DNA of 64,000 nucleotides from Escherichia coli (GTDB lineage Bacteria; Pseudomonadota; Gammaproteobacteria; Enterobacterales; Enterobacteriaceae): NCBI RefSeq assembly GCF_044324875.1, contig NZ_CP172185.1; one strand, 5' to 3'. Shown piece by piece: positions 26,766 to 36,710 of this stretch (position 1 is its first letter; each line of letters starts with the position of its first letter). The notes under the pieces were generated by a model. It saw only the letters and a program-made list of their open reading frames with translations, ran no database searches and was not told where the DNA came from. The position numbers and the translations under genes were made by a program.

Positions 26766-27290
26766 TTATGGGATGATACCACAGGCAATTCTTGCACCAC
26801 CGCCACCTAGAGGTTCAGGATGGTCATCATGATTATCACCTCCTGCGTGGAGCATTAGCGAACGGCCATCGAGCTCCTTTAATTCAGATAGTCTTGGCGC
26901 AAGCACCGGGTAGGTTGCTTTTCCGTCATGAGTGACATAAAGCGCAGGGAGATCACCCAGGTGGCCATCAGGAGACCATGGACCGAGATGCTTCCCTGTT
27001 TTTTCCGGGTCAAAGTGACCACCTGCAGATAAAGCAGCGACAGTTTTTCCATCTTTCAGGGCAGGAGCACAACTTGCGTTTTCATGTACATGAAAACCAT
27101 GAATGCCGGCGGGTAAGGAGTGAAGATCAGGGGTGAACAGCAGCCCGTAGGGTGTCTTCTGGATGGTTATTTTACCAATATTTCGCTCTTTTCCGTCACT
27201 ATCAACAAGATTCATTGTTACATCTTTGGTGGCTGCATATCCACAGGATGATGTAGCCAGAATCACAAAGGCAATAAGTTTACGTTTCAT
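26766..27290 (-). CDS. sodC: Periplasmic Cu,Zn superoxide dismutase, SodCI-like
   Basis: 174-aa ORF with signal peptide and the conserved GFHVHE…GGHFDP…GDLP…[10 protein letters not shown] motifs. Confidence 0.85.
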   Translation of the reverse strand: MKRKLIAFVILATSSCGYAATKDVTMNLVDSDGKERNIGKITIQKTPYGLLFTPDLHSLPAGIHGFHVHENASCAPALKDGKTVAALSAGGHFDPEKTGKHLGPWSPDGHLGDLPALYVTHDGKATYPVLAPRLSELKELDGRSLMLHAGGDNHDDHPEPLGGGGARIACGIIP

Positions 27291-27429
27291 AAACCCTCTG
27301 TTAACAGGTTAAAGATTTACTCAATAACTGTTGCGAAATAACAGTCAGCCAGATGATAGCTTATGATAGTTATTGAATGTGACTATCAGTGTAATTAATT
27401 ATGCAAATTAGAAGGAATGTTATGTGTGA

Positions 27430-27600
27430 AGCGCCCCTGTATCCCGCTCATACTGGCTAACCCAGACACGCAGAGTCTGTGGCGTACAGCCAGCATTTGA
27501 GGCAATGGAACAAATTACCCCAATTGTGAATCATACTCATCCTGTTTACCTCTTTCTCAGGGAGTTTAGTCTCCAGGATTCCCGGAGCAGTTCAAAGTGC
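27430..27600 (-). repeat. IS629-like left-end fragment with internal deletions
   Basis: Near-identical to 3200..3446, including the terminal GGATTCCCGG(A/G)GC(A/G)GTTCA. Confidence 0.6.
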
Positions 27601-28142
27601 CCTGTGCTGCTTAAAGTGCCGCTGCATGCCACCACATGGCTGAGCAGCAACAGGTATTGTTGTTCCTTCATGTTGTTCACGCAACCAGCGTAATACCACC
27701 GGCGAGGATGGACTGTCAGTGTGATTACGTTCAGTAATACGTTCATAAAAGGAAGTTCAGAATGCATGAATCTGTTGTCCGTTGATGTTTCCTTCTGTCG
27801 AATTGTGTGTGAAGTGGACAATCAGAAAATGCGGCCAGTGATCCACTGCCTGTTGAATAAAACGCCGGATGTCTCCCGGCTCTGCAAGTAATGCTTCAGT
27901 TTCCTGCACTATTTTATCCCTGTTGAATTTTGTCAAACCGGTGCAGACACGCAGGAAAGTATGCCAGCACTGGTGTAATGCCAGTAACATACAATAAGAA
28001 TGAAATGACGAATCAGTCAGGAAAGGGTGCCCCCATTGGCAACCCATTGACTGAGCAGAGGATACAATCAGGAAGGTTAACGAGAGTATCTCCGACATCA
28101 GGGGCAGGATTGATTTCTACAATACCAGCGCCGGCATTGAGC

Positions 28143-28950
28143 CTGTACATAGATTTATGTAATTGCCTGATTTTGATATGTTCAATTCAACATCAAATGA
28201 AAGCTAAATTATGGACGACACACAATTGCAGGCTCTGGCTAACGAACTGGCCAAAAATCTCAAAACCCCTGAAGATCTCAGTCAGTTCGATCGCCTGCTC
28301 AAGAAAATAAGTGTTGAGGCAGCTCTCAACGCTGAACTGACTCACCATCTGGGACATGAAAAAAATCAGACCAAATCGGGAACCAACTTCCGTAATGGCT
28401 ATTCCACGAAAACCGTCACCACTACCGACGGGCCGATGGAATTACGTACTCCACCTGATCGTGATGGTTCCTTCGAACCACAACTGGTGAAGAAAAATCA
28501 GACCCGCATTACCGGCATGGACAACCAGATCCTGGCGCTGTATGCCAGAGGGATGACTACCCGCGAAATTACCTCAGCCTTCAAAGAAATGTACGACGCC
28601 GATGTCTCGCCCACGCTGATATCCAAAGTGACCGATGCGGTTAAAGAACAGGTCTCTGAATGGCAAAACCGACCGTTGGATGCACTGTATCCCATTGTTT
28701 ATCTTGACTGTATTGTGGTTAAGGTTCGTCACAGCGGGAGTGTCATTAACAAAGCGGTGTTCCTCGCGCTGGGAATCAATACCGACGGTCAGAAAGAGCT
28801 GCTGGATATGTGGCTGGCCGAAAATGAAGGTGCAAAGTTCTGGCTGAATGTACTGACGGAACTGAAAAATCGCGGCCTGAACGATATCCTTATCGCCTTC
28901 GTGGACGGCCTGAAAGGCTTCCCGGAAGCGATTAATGCCGTCTATCCCAT
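28143..28950 (+). mobile_element. IS256-family element copy 1, 3'-truncated
   Basis: Terminus CCTGTACATAGATTTATGTAATTGCC; transposase ORF from 28211; about 445 bp identical to copy 2; abutted by an IS200 fragment. Confidence 0.7.
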
Positions 28951-29310
28951 AAAGCCGGATACGCTCATTTTGGGCGGGATCTCCACAAGCATATGGATAT
29001 GATCTGCACAGCACTCAGCTTCAAGAATCCGTACACTTTTCCACTCACACAGCTTTCTCAAAATAATGCCTGTTGCTTTACGCTTCTCTCTGTAGAACAC
29101 TTTTCTTCGGTATTTTGGCGCAAAAACTATGTGATATTTACAGTTCCATCGGGTATGCGCTAAGCTCTTTTCGTTCCCCATTGGGACCCCCTTTTGATTT
29201 CTTGTTTGACACTTGCAGTTGCCAGACCGCAAGGTGTTTTAACAAATCAAAAGGGGTTTTAATAACTGGCTCAAAGCTGAAAGCTTTCCGGCCCCCAGCC
29301 TAGCTGGGGG
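28940..29310 (-). mobile_element. IS200 fragment (tnpA N-terminal part plus 5' hairpin region)
   Basis: ORF 28942..29232 contains MGNEKSLAHTRWNCKYHIVFAPKYRRKVFY…HIHMLVEIPPK; hairpin CCCCCAGC/GCTGGGGG near 29290. Confidence 0.65.
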
Positions 29311-30417
29311 TTTTCTGTGCACAAAAATCCGGAAACGAGTGAGCGTTTCAGGATTCTTAAACAGACCCTGGATCGGTCAACTGCTCCTAAACTGATCGGC
29401 ATTACACCTGTCGGCTGCCGTTTTTTCAGCTCCGTGATCCATGGGCCGGGTTCTTTGGTCAGCAATGCTGCCGCCCTTGCCCCATGGATAAATAATGTCC
29501 GGTGGTAGGTATCCCCACGTTTGCTTATCCCCAGCATGCGAACCTTCCCAGCGGACCCCGTCTGCTTCGGCACCAGACAGACATAAGCGTCAAACTCACG
29601 TCCGGATTTAAATGCTGAGGCCTCGCCCATGGTGGCGACCACCGCCGTAGCGATTAACGGCCCCACACCGGGGATTTCCATTAGGCGCTTACAGTTTTCG
29701 CTCTGCCGTGCCACGCTGTTAATCTGTTTATCAAGGCCATCTATCTGCATGCCCAGCTCACTCAGTCTGTTGTACTGGTATTCAAGCACAGTGATGAGAT
29801 ACGGCGGCAGGTTCGTCTTCATTCGCTCTAGGGCTGTCGGTAGCTTTCTGTCCATCGCTGTCCGATCTTTGTGGAGGATTTCACCAAACTCGAGGAGCGT
29901 GCCAAGGGTATTAATATGCGAGGTTCTGAACTTCACCAGTTGTCTGCGCGAACGGTGCAGGACCAGAACTGACTGCTTCTCTTCCGTTTTAACAGCGATA
30001 TCTTTACTGGGCTGCTGTACCGCCATCCAGATAGCACGCGCATCCATCACATCATTTTTGTTGCCCATGACGAATGCTTTAACGAAGCGAGCTTGCAACA
30101 GCCGAACTTTGTGTCCCAGTTTTTTCCAGTTCCCTCGCCCAATGTTGGGAGCCTCCACAAGCCTCCATACCTATCAGACAGGGTTCCCGGTTGCTGAAGA
30201 ACGTCAGAAAATCCTTGCTACGTAGCTGCTTGTCCACCACTTCGCCCGTGTACTCATTGATGAAGTGAACCTGAATCAGATACTTTGCGATATCAACGCC
30301 AACCGGTGTATATTTCATTTGTGGAGTCGCCAGTCTGAGGGCGCTTTTGCATCCCGTATTGGGCACTATGATGCCGGAAATCTGAGAGGCTCCACAGCAG
30401 ACAATTTTACCCTTCAT
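29271..30417 (-). pseudogene. IS110-family transposase in two overlapping frames
   Basis: ORF 30079..30417 N-terminal part and ORF 29271..30158 C-terminal part (MEIPGVGPLIA motif). Confidence 0.6.
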
Positions 30418-30556
30418 CCATCACAGTGCACCTCTCTTAACAGGGCAGGATGTGTTCAGTACATTTCTCCTTTTATGGTTACAGTTTATCCATCATGGCG
30501 TAATTGAAGGCTGTCGTGAAGGAGAGGAAGAGCATCTCATCACTTACAAACAAATA

Positions 30557-30579
30557 CATTAATGATAACCATTTGCATT
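30557..30579 (+). promoter_or_regulatory. Fur-box-like sequence upstream of sitA
   Basis: CATTAATGATAACCATTTGCATT resembles GATAATGATAATCATTATC. Confidence 0.45.
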
Positions 30580-30597
30580 TGTATAGATTATGCTATA

Positions 30598-30619
30598 AAA
30601 CATAGCCGTTGCTATGTTT
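30598..30619 (+). promoter_or_regulatory. MntR-operator-like palindrome upstream of sitA
   Basis: Perfect inverted repeat AAACATAGC-CGTT-GCTATGTTT, about 30 nt before the sitA ATG. Confidence 0.6.
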
Positions 30620-30651
30620 GTTCTAATTTTGCTCACTATAGGTACTGAATT

Positions 30652-31566
30652 ATGCACTCAATAAAAAAATTAACCATGCTCTTGGGGTTCCTCGCCCTCA
30701 CCTGCTCGATCGCATTTCAGGCGAGTGCAACTGAAAAATTCAAGGTCATTACAACATTTACCATCATCGCAGATATGGCCAAAAACGTGGCTGGAGATGC
30801 TGCAGAAGTCTCATCCATAACCAGGCCCGGTGCAGAAATTCATGAGTATCAGCCTACCCCTGGCGATATTAAACGTGCGCAGGGGGCACAACTGATTCTC
30901 GCCAACGGTATGAATCTGGAATTGTGGTTCCAGCGCTTTTACCAGCATCTCAGTGGTGTTCCAGAAGTGATTGTCTCTTCGGGTGTGACGCCAGTAGGGA
31001 TCACCGAAGGCCCCTACGAGGGAAAACCTAACCCTCATGCCTGGATGTCGCCAGATAATGCTTTGATTTACGTCGATAATATTCGTGATGCGTTGATAAA
31101 ATACGATCCGGCAAATGCAAAAACATACCAACGTAATGCCGATACTTATAAAGCCAAGATTACCCAAACCCTTGCCCCCCTGCGTAAGCAGATTGCTGAA
31201 CTCCCTGAGAATAAAAGATGGATGGTCACCAGTGAAGGGGCTTTTTCTTATCTCGCACGCGATTTGGGGCTAAAAGAGCTTTATCTGTGGCCGATAAATG
31301 CCGATCAACAAGGAACACCCCAGCAGGTACGTAAAGTGGTTGATATAGTGAAGAAAAATAATATCCCAGCGGTATTTAGTGAGAGTACGGTTTCCGATAA
31401 ACCAGCGCGTCAGGTTGCGCGTGAAACCGGCGCACACTACGGCGGTGTGCTCTATGTCGATTCCCTGAGCACAGAAAACGGCCCGGTACCTACGTATATC
31501 GACCTTCTGAAGGTTACTACCAGTACGCTGGTGCAGGGAATTAAAGCCGGGAAAAGGGAGAAGTAA
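30652..31566 (+). CDS. sitA: Mn/Fe ABC transporter periplasmic binding protein SitA
   Basis: 304-aa ORF with signal peptide; first gene of a four-gene operon with overlapping or abutting stops and starts. Confidence 0.85.
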   Translation: MHSIKKLTMLLGFLALTCSIAFQASATEKFKVITTFTIIADMAKNVAGDAAEVSSITRPGAEIHEYQPTPGDIKRAQGAQLILANGMNLELWFQRFYQHLSGVPEVIVSSGVTPVGITEGPYEGKPNPHAWMSPDNALIYVDNIRDALIKYDPANAKTYQRNADTYKAKITQTLAPLRKQIAELPENKRWMVTSEGAFSYLARDLGLKELYLWPINADQQGTPQQVRKVVDIVKKNNIPAVFSESTVSDKPARQVARETGAHYGGVLYVDSLSTENGPVPTYIDLLKVTTSTLVQGIKAGKREK

Positions 31567-32384
31567 TGATGCAATCTGCGGGTATTGTCGTTAATGGCGT
31601 TACTGTCACCTGGCGTAACGGGCACACAGCACTGCGCGATGCATCCTTCACAGTACCAGGCGGATCTATTGCCGCTCTGGTTGGGGTAAACGGTTCCGGA
31701 AAATCGACGTTATTTAAAGCGATTATGGGATTCGTGCGTCTGACTACCGGAAAGATATCTGTTCTGGGTATTCCCACGCGGCAGGCTCTGCAGAAAAACC
31801 TGATTGCCTACGTCCCGCAGTCAGAAGAAGTGGACTGGTCCTTTCCTGTACTGGTGGAAGATGTGGTGATGATGGGCCGCTATGGGCATATGGGTATGTT
31901 GCGTATAGCCAATAAGAGGGATCGTCAGGTTGTCACCGATGCGCTGGAACGTGTCGATATGGTAGATTTTCGCCATCGACAAATCGGCGAGCTTTCCGGT
32001 GGACAAAAGAAACGCGTCTTTCTGGCGAGAGCGATTGCACAGCAGGGTGATGTGATCCTGCTGGATGAACCTTTTACCGGCGTTGATGTGAAAACCGAAG
32101 CCAAAATCATCAGCCTGTTGAGGGAGTTACGCGCGGAAGGCAAAACGATGCTTGTCTCAACGCACAATCTCGGATCCGTCACGACATTTTGCGATTATAC
32201 GGTCATGGTCAAAGGCACCGTCCTGGCAAGCGGGCCGACAGACACCACTTTTACAGCCGAGAACCTGGAGCTGGCTTTTAGCGGCGTACTACGCCATGTC
32301 ACACTTAAAGGCTCGGAAGAAAGCATTATTACTGACGATGAACGCCCCTTTGTGGCTTATCGACCATCAGCGGTGCAGAGGTAA
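31566..32384 (+). CDS. sitB: Mn/Fe ABC transporter ATP-binding protein SitB
   Basis: Walker [10 protein letters not shown], signature LSGGQKKR, Walker B ILLDEP. Confidence 0.85.
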   Translation: MMQSAGIVVNGVTVTWRNGHTALRDASFTVPGGSIAALVGVNGSGKSTLFKAIMGFVRLTTGKISVLGIPTRQALQKNLIAYVPQSEEVDWSFPVLVEDVVMMGRYGHMGMLRIANKRDRQVVTDALERVDMVDFRHRQIGELSGGQKKRVFLARAIAQQGDVILLDEPFTGVDVKTEAKIISLLRELRAEGKTMLVSTHNLGSVTTFCDYTVMVKGTVLASGPTDTTFTAENLELAFSGVLRHVTLKGSEESIITDDERPFVAYRPSAVQR

Positions 32385-32389
32385 GAAAG

Positions 32390-33247
32390 ATGAACGTGCT
32401 ACTGGAACCCTTCAGCTATGAATATATGCTCAATGCGATGTGGGTCGCGGCGATGGTCGGCGGTCTCTGCGCTTTCCTGTCATGCTATCTGATGCTAAAA
32501 GGCTGGTCGCTGATTGGCGATGCGCTGTCGCACTCTATCGTCCCGGGTGTTGCGGGGGCATATATGCTGGGGCTTCCGTTTTCTCTGGGGGCCTTCTTTT
32601 CCGGTGGACTGGCTGCGGGCAGCATGCTGTTTCTTAACCAACGCACTCGCTTAAAAGAAGATGCCATCATCGGCCTGATCTTCTCGTCCTTTTTTGGCCT
32701 GGGGCTGTTTATGGTGTCATTAAACCCGACATCCGTAAATATTCAGACCATCGTCCTGGGCAATATTCTGGCAATCGCTCCGGCGGATATCCTGCAACTC
32801 ACTATCATTGGCATTGTCTCAGTCATAGTGCTCTTTTTCAAATGGAAAGATCTTATGGTGACCTTTTTCGACGAGAATCACGCCCGTGCTATTGGATTAT
32901 ATCCAGGAAGATTAAAAATCCTCTTCTTCACACTGCTGGCGGTATCGACCGTTGCAGCATTGCAAACGGTTGGGGCTTTTCTGGTGATCTGTCTGGTAGT
33001 GACCCCTGGCGCAACAGCATGGTTGTTAACCGATCGTTTTCCCCGCCTGCTCGTGATTGCTGTAACTATTGGCAGTGTAACCAGTTTCCTCGGCGCGTGG
33101 GTCAGTTACTTTCTGGACGGAGCGACAGGTGGAATCATCGTGGTGGCGCAGACACTGCTGTTTCTTTTAGCATTTGTCTTTGCACCCACCCATGGGCTTT
33201 TGGCAAATCGTCAGCGTGCGCATAAGGCGCTGGAGGATCGCTCATGA
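32390..33247 (+). CDS. sitC: Mn/Fe ABC transporter permease SitC
   Basis: 285-aa hydrophobic multi-span ORF. Confidence 0.85.
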   Translation: MNVLLEPFSYEYMLNAMWVAAMVGGLCAFLSCYLMLKGWSLIGDALSHSIVPGVAGAYMLGLPFSLGAFFSGGLAAGSMLFLNQRTRLKEDAIIGLIFSSFFGLGLFMVSLNPTSVNIQTIVLGNILAIAPADILQLTIIGIVSVIVLFFKWKDLMVTFFDENHARAIGLYPGRLKILFFTLLAVSTVAALQTVGAFLVICLVVTPGATAWLLTDRFPRLLVIAVTIGSVTSFLGAWVSYFLDGATGGIIVVAQTLLFLLAFVFAPTHGLLANRQRAHKALEDRS

Positions 33248-34122
33248 TGGCATTATTACTGGAGCCACTGCAGTTCACCTTTATGAGTCACGCACTGCTG
33301 ATTTCACTGGTAGTTTCCATACCCTGTGCGCTGCTGTCGGTCTTTCTGGTCCTGAAAGGTTGGGCACTGATGGGAGACGCGATGAGTCATGCGGTTTTTC
33401 CTGGTATCGTGCTTGCGTGGATACTGGGTTTTCCTCTGGCGGGAGGAGCATTCGTCGCCGGAGTATTCTGCGCGGTGGCGACGGGATACCTGAAAGACAA
33501 CAGCCGAATCAAGCAAGATACAGTGATGGGGATTGTTTTTTCTGGCATGTTTGCCGCAGGTCTGATCTTGTATATTGCAGTCAAACCCGACGTACATCTT
33601 GACCATATTCTTTTCGGCGACATGCTCGGGGTAACCATCGGCGATATAATCCAGACGGTGATTATTGCCGGGCTGGTTACACTTGTTATTAGCGTAAAAT
33701 GGCGGGATTTTTTGCTGTTCAGCTTTGATTATCAACAGGCGCAGGTAAGCGGTTTGCATACGAGATGGCTGCATTATGGGCTGCTGTGCATGGTCTCTCT
33801 GACCATTGTGGCGACGCTGAAAGCGGTAGGTATCATTCTCTCCATTTCTCTGCTCATTGCGCCTGGCGCCATTGCGGTACTCCTGACGCAACGCTTTCAT
33901 ATTGCGCTCCTGCTGGCGCTCGGTATATCGGTAATGGTCTCAATGACTGGTGTATGGCTCTCCTTTTTTATAGACAGCGCACCAGCACCAACGATTGTTA
34001 TCTTATTCACGGTTGTATTCATCCTGACGTTTACCGCTTCCAGCATCAATGCTCACGCGAAGGAAAATGTCGATCCACAGGATCTCCCGACTAGTACAAC
34101 AACCAGAGAGCAACATCTGTAG
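33244..34122 (+). CDS. sitD: Mn/Fe ABC transporter permease SitD
   Basis: 292-aa hydrophobic ORF; 4-nt overlap with sitC. Confidence 0.85.
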   Translation: MMALLLEPLQFTFMSHALLISLVVSIPCALLSVFLVLKGWALMGDAMSHAVFPGIVLAWILGFPLAGGAFVAGVFCAVATGYLKDNSRIKQDTVMGIVFSGMFAAGLILYIAVKPDVHLDHILFGDMLGVTIGDIIQTVIIAGLVTLVISVKWRDFLLFSFDYQQAQVSGLHTRWLHYGLLCMVSLTIVATLKAVGIILSISLLIAPGAIAVLLTQRFHIALLLALGISVMVSMTGVWLSFFIDSAPAPTIVILFTVVFILTFTASSINAHAKENVDPQDLPTSTTTREQHL

Positions 34123-34356
34123 GCACATAGCAGTCATGGAGACAATCTTGTGAAGTCATAGAGTGTCGGGGGAAGGTATTGAAAGTCCCCGACCTCCGAA
34201 GAAAATATGGGCGGCATGATCAGGAAAACACCGTCAGCTCCTGTATAAAGTTATTTGTTGCCACCGTTGCCCAAATCACTCATATCAACAAACGGAATAT
34301 TCAGTTTGAATCCACATTCCATTGTGGGCGTACGAATAGCATCAAGTTTTGCTGTA

Positions 34357-34388
34357 TTGTCAACAACGGATGAAAAGTGGCACTTCCT
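34357..34388 (+). repeat. Orphan IS21-family (IS100-like) terminal repeat fragment
   Basis: TGTCAACAACGGATGAAAAGTGGCACTT, compared with the IS100 end TGTCAACGACGGATGAAAAGTGATCCACTT at 12692. Confidence 0.4.
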
Positions 34389-34475
34389 TGGATTTACCTC
34401 TATATTTCCAGACATCTGTTATCACTTAACCTGTTACTGTCCTTCAACTGCAGGTGATTCAGGGGGGCCAGTCTA
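34389..34475 (-). mobile_element. Miniature IS2 derivative (both IS2 termini with almost no interior)
   Basis: TGGATTTACCTCTATATTTCCAGACATCTGTTATCACTTAACC (IS2 right end) and GATTCAGGGGGGCCAGTCTA (IS2 left end, reverse complement) within 87 bp. Confidence 0.6.
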
Positions 34476-34485
34476 ACCGTTAAGA

Positions 34486-35115
34486 ACACGTTCCCGAGAT
34501 GAGCGTTTCCGTTGTCGCTCATGTAAAACATGTTTTCCAGCTCACTTACTCTTGGTGAAGTCAGGAAACCCGGCGTTAAGGAGCAGATCGTTGAAATGGC
34601 ACATAACGGCGCAGGTGTCCGTGATACCCATGAACACTGAAAATCGGCATCAATACCGTCATACGGACATTAAAAATGTTTTCGCCCCGGCGGATAACAT
34701 CTACGCCAGTCGTTCACGCTGATGTTGCCCTTATCTTTGAAACTTGATGAGCAGTTAAATTTCGTTGGCAGCAAGGCGCAACAACACTGGTCTGCTTACA
34801 ACACTAAATTGCGGTGTGTTGGCTTATTCTTTCGGGCCACGGAATGATGAGACCTGTCGGGAACTGTTAGCCCTGTTGACTTCGTTCTATATCGGCATAG
34901 TGACCAGCAATGACAGGGGCTGCAACGTCAGAGAAGTGACGAAGGAGAAATACCTGACCGGTAAAATATTCACGCAACCTATTGAACTTAACAACCTGCC
35001 CCTCCGCACCCGCATCAAGCGGCTGGCACGTAAAACAATCTGCTTCTCGCGTTCCGTGAAAATCAACGAAAAAGTCATCGGTTCCGTCATTGAAAAGAAC
35101 ATGTTCTACTGATTG
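34486..35115 (+). pseudogene. Divergent IS1-family-like remnant (insA-like and insB-like parts)
   Basis: Translation contains …CRSCKTCFPAHLLLVKS… (InsA-like zinc finger); ORF 34765..35112 resembles the InsB C-terminus (…FSRSVKINEKVIGSVI…). Confidence 0.45.
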
Positions 35116-35411
35116 GAAGCACTACCACATTTTTCATAGAATACCCAAGATCTTAGCGCAGATCAGTTGAAATGTTGGCACCTATGTTACCAATACTACT
35201 CAATGGCTACTACGGCAGTAGGTTTTCGCTTACCTTTTCATACGGGCAATGAAATGAGGATATGCGATAAATTTCAGTCAAAGATACATAAAACAGGCAT
35301 AATGTTATTCAGTGGTGAGCAGTCCGTTCCGGAGACGGAATATCTTTTTAAGGCCGTATATCAGGGTTTTCCCTTGTTATGGTGGCTGAAGGCATGATGA
35401 TGGTGTTTTAA

Positions 35412-36646
35412 TTGCCAAAGGTCACCGCCATGGACGAAAGGTCCCTCTACGCTCATATTATCAACATGACCGCTCCATGGCAGGTTAAATATCTTTCTCT
35501 CGATGAAAACGCCGGTTCTGTTACCGTCACAGTTGGAATCGCTAAAAATGCCCGGTTAGCCTGTCCGACCTGCGGTAAATCCTGTTCTGTTCACGATCAC
35601 CGTCATCGTAAATGGCGTCATCTTGATATCTGCCAGTTCACCACTATTGTCGAAGCCGATGTGCCCCGCATTATGTGCCCGGAGCATGGCTGCCAGACGT
35701 TGCTAGTTCCCTGGGCTGGCCCCGGAAGGCGGTATACGCTGCTGTTCGACTCGTTCTCTCATGGCTGAAAATCAGCACTGTTGATGCTGTAAGGAAACAA
35801 CTTAAGCTCAGCTGGAATGCGGTTGACGGCATTATGACCCGGGCAGTTAAGCGAGGTCTTGCCCGGATAAAAAAGCCATTATCCGCCCGTCATATGAATG
35901 TGGATGAGGTCGCCTTTAAAAAAGGACATTGTTATATAACTGTGATCTCCGATCGCGATGGTCGTGCACTGGCCTTAACGGACGATCGTGGCACAGAGAG
36001 CCTCGCCGGCTATCTTCGCACGCTTACTGACGGGCAGTTGCTGGCTATCAAAACGCTCTCAATGGACATGAATGCAGGCTGTATAAGAGCAGCGCGTATC
36101 CACTTACCCTGTGCGGTTGAGAAAATCGCCTTCGACCGCTTCCATGTAGCAAAGCAACTTGGTGAAGTGGTTGATAAAATCCGTCAGGATGAACATCCAC
36201 ACCTCCCTGTTGAAAGTCGGCGTCAGGCAAAGGGGACCCGCTTCCTGTGGCAGTACAACGATAAATGGATGACCGAATCCAGGCAGGAAAAGCTGATATG
36301 GCTGCGTGCACAGATGAAGCTGACAAGCCTGTGCTGGGCGCTGAAAGAGCTGGCAAAGAATATCTGGAACAGGCCATGAAGTGAGGAAAGACGTAATGAG
36401 TGGGAGAGATTGCTGGCTCTGGCGGCCAACAGTGACATTACTATGATGAAAAACGCCACGAAAACGATAGGAAAAAGGCTGTATGGGATCCTGAATGCCA
36501 TGCGACACCGTGTCTCAAACGGAAACGCGGAGGCGCTTAACAGTAAGCTCAGGCTGCTGAGGATAAAAGCTAGGGGATACCGCAATCGGGAACGCTTTAA
36601 GCTGGGCGTGATGTTCCACTACGGGAAACTGAATATGGCGTTTTGA
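35412..36646 (+). pseudogene. ISL3-family transposase in three frames
   Basis: ORFs 35412..35768 (Zn-finger/HTH), 35675..36379 (DDE, FDRFHV) and 36410..36646 (C-terminus); imperfect inverted repeats near 35355 and 36685. Confidence 0.65.
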
Positions 36647-36710
36647 GCCTTCCCACCATGATCAGGGAAGGCCCTTATATCAACATACCTTTGTTTCCAA
36701 AGAATTCCTG

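Noticed and set aside
28211-29002. 263-aa ORF as an intact transposase
   Set aside because: Its last codons run into the IS200 fragment; the IS256-family gene is 3'-truncated at about 28950.
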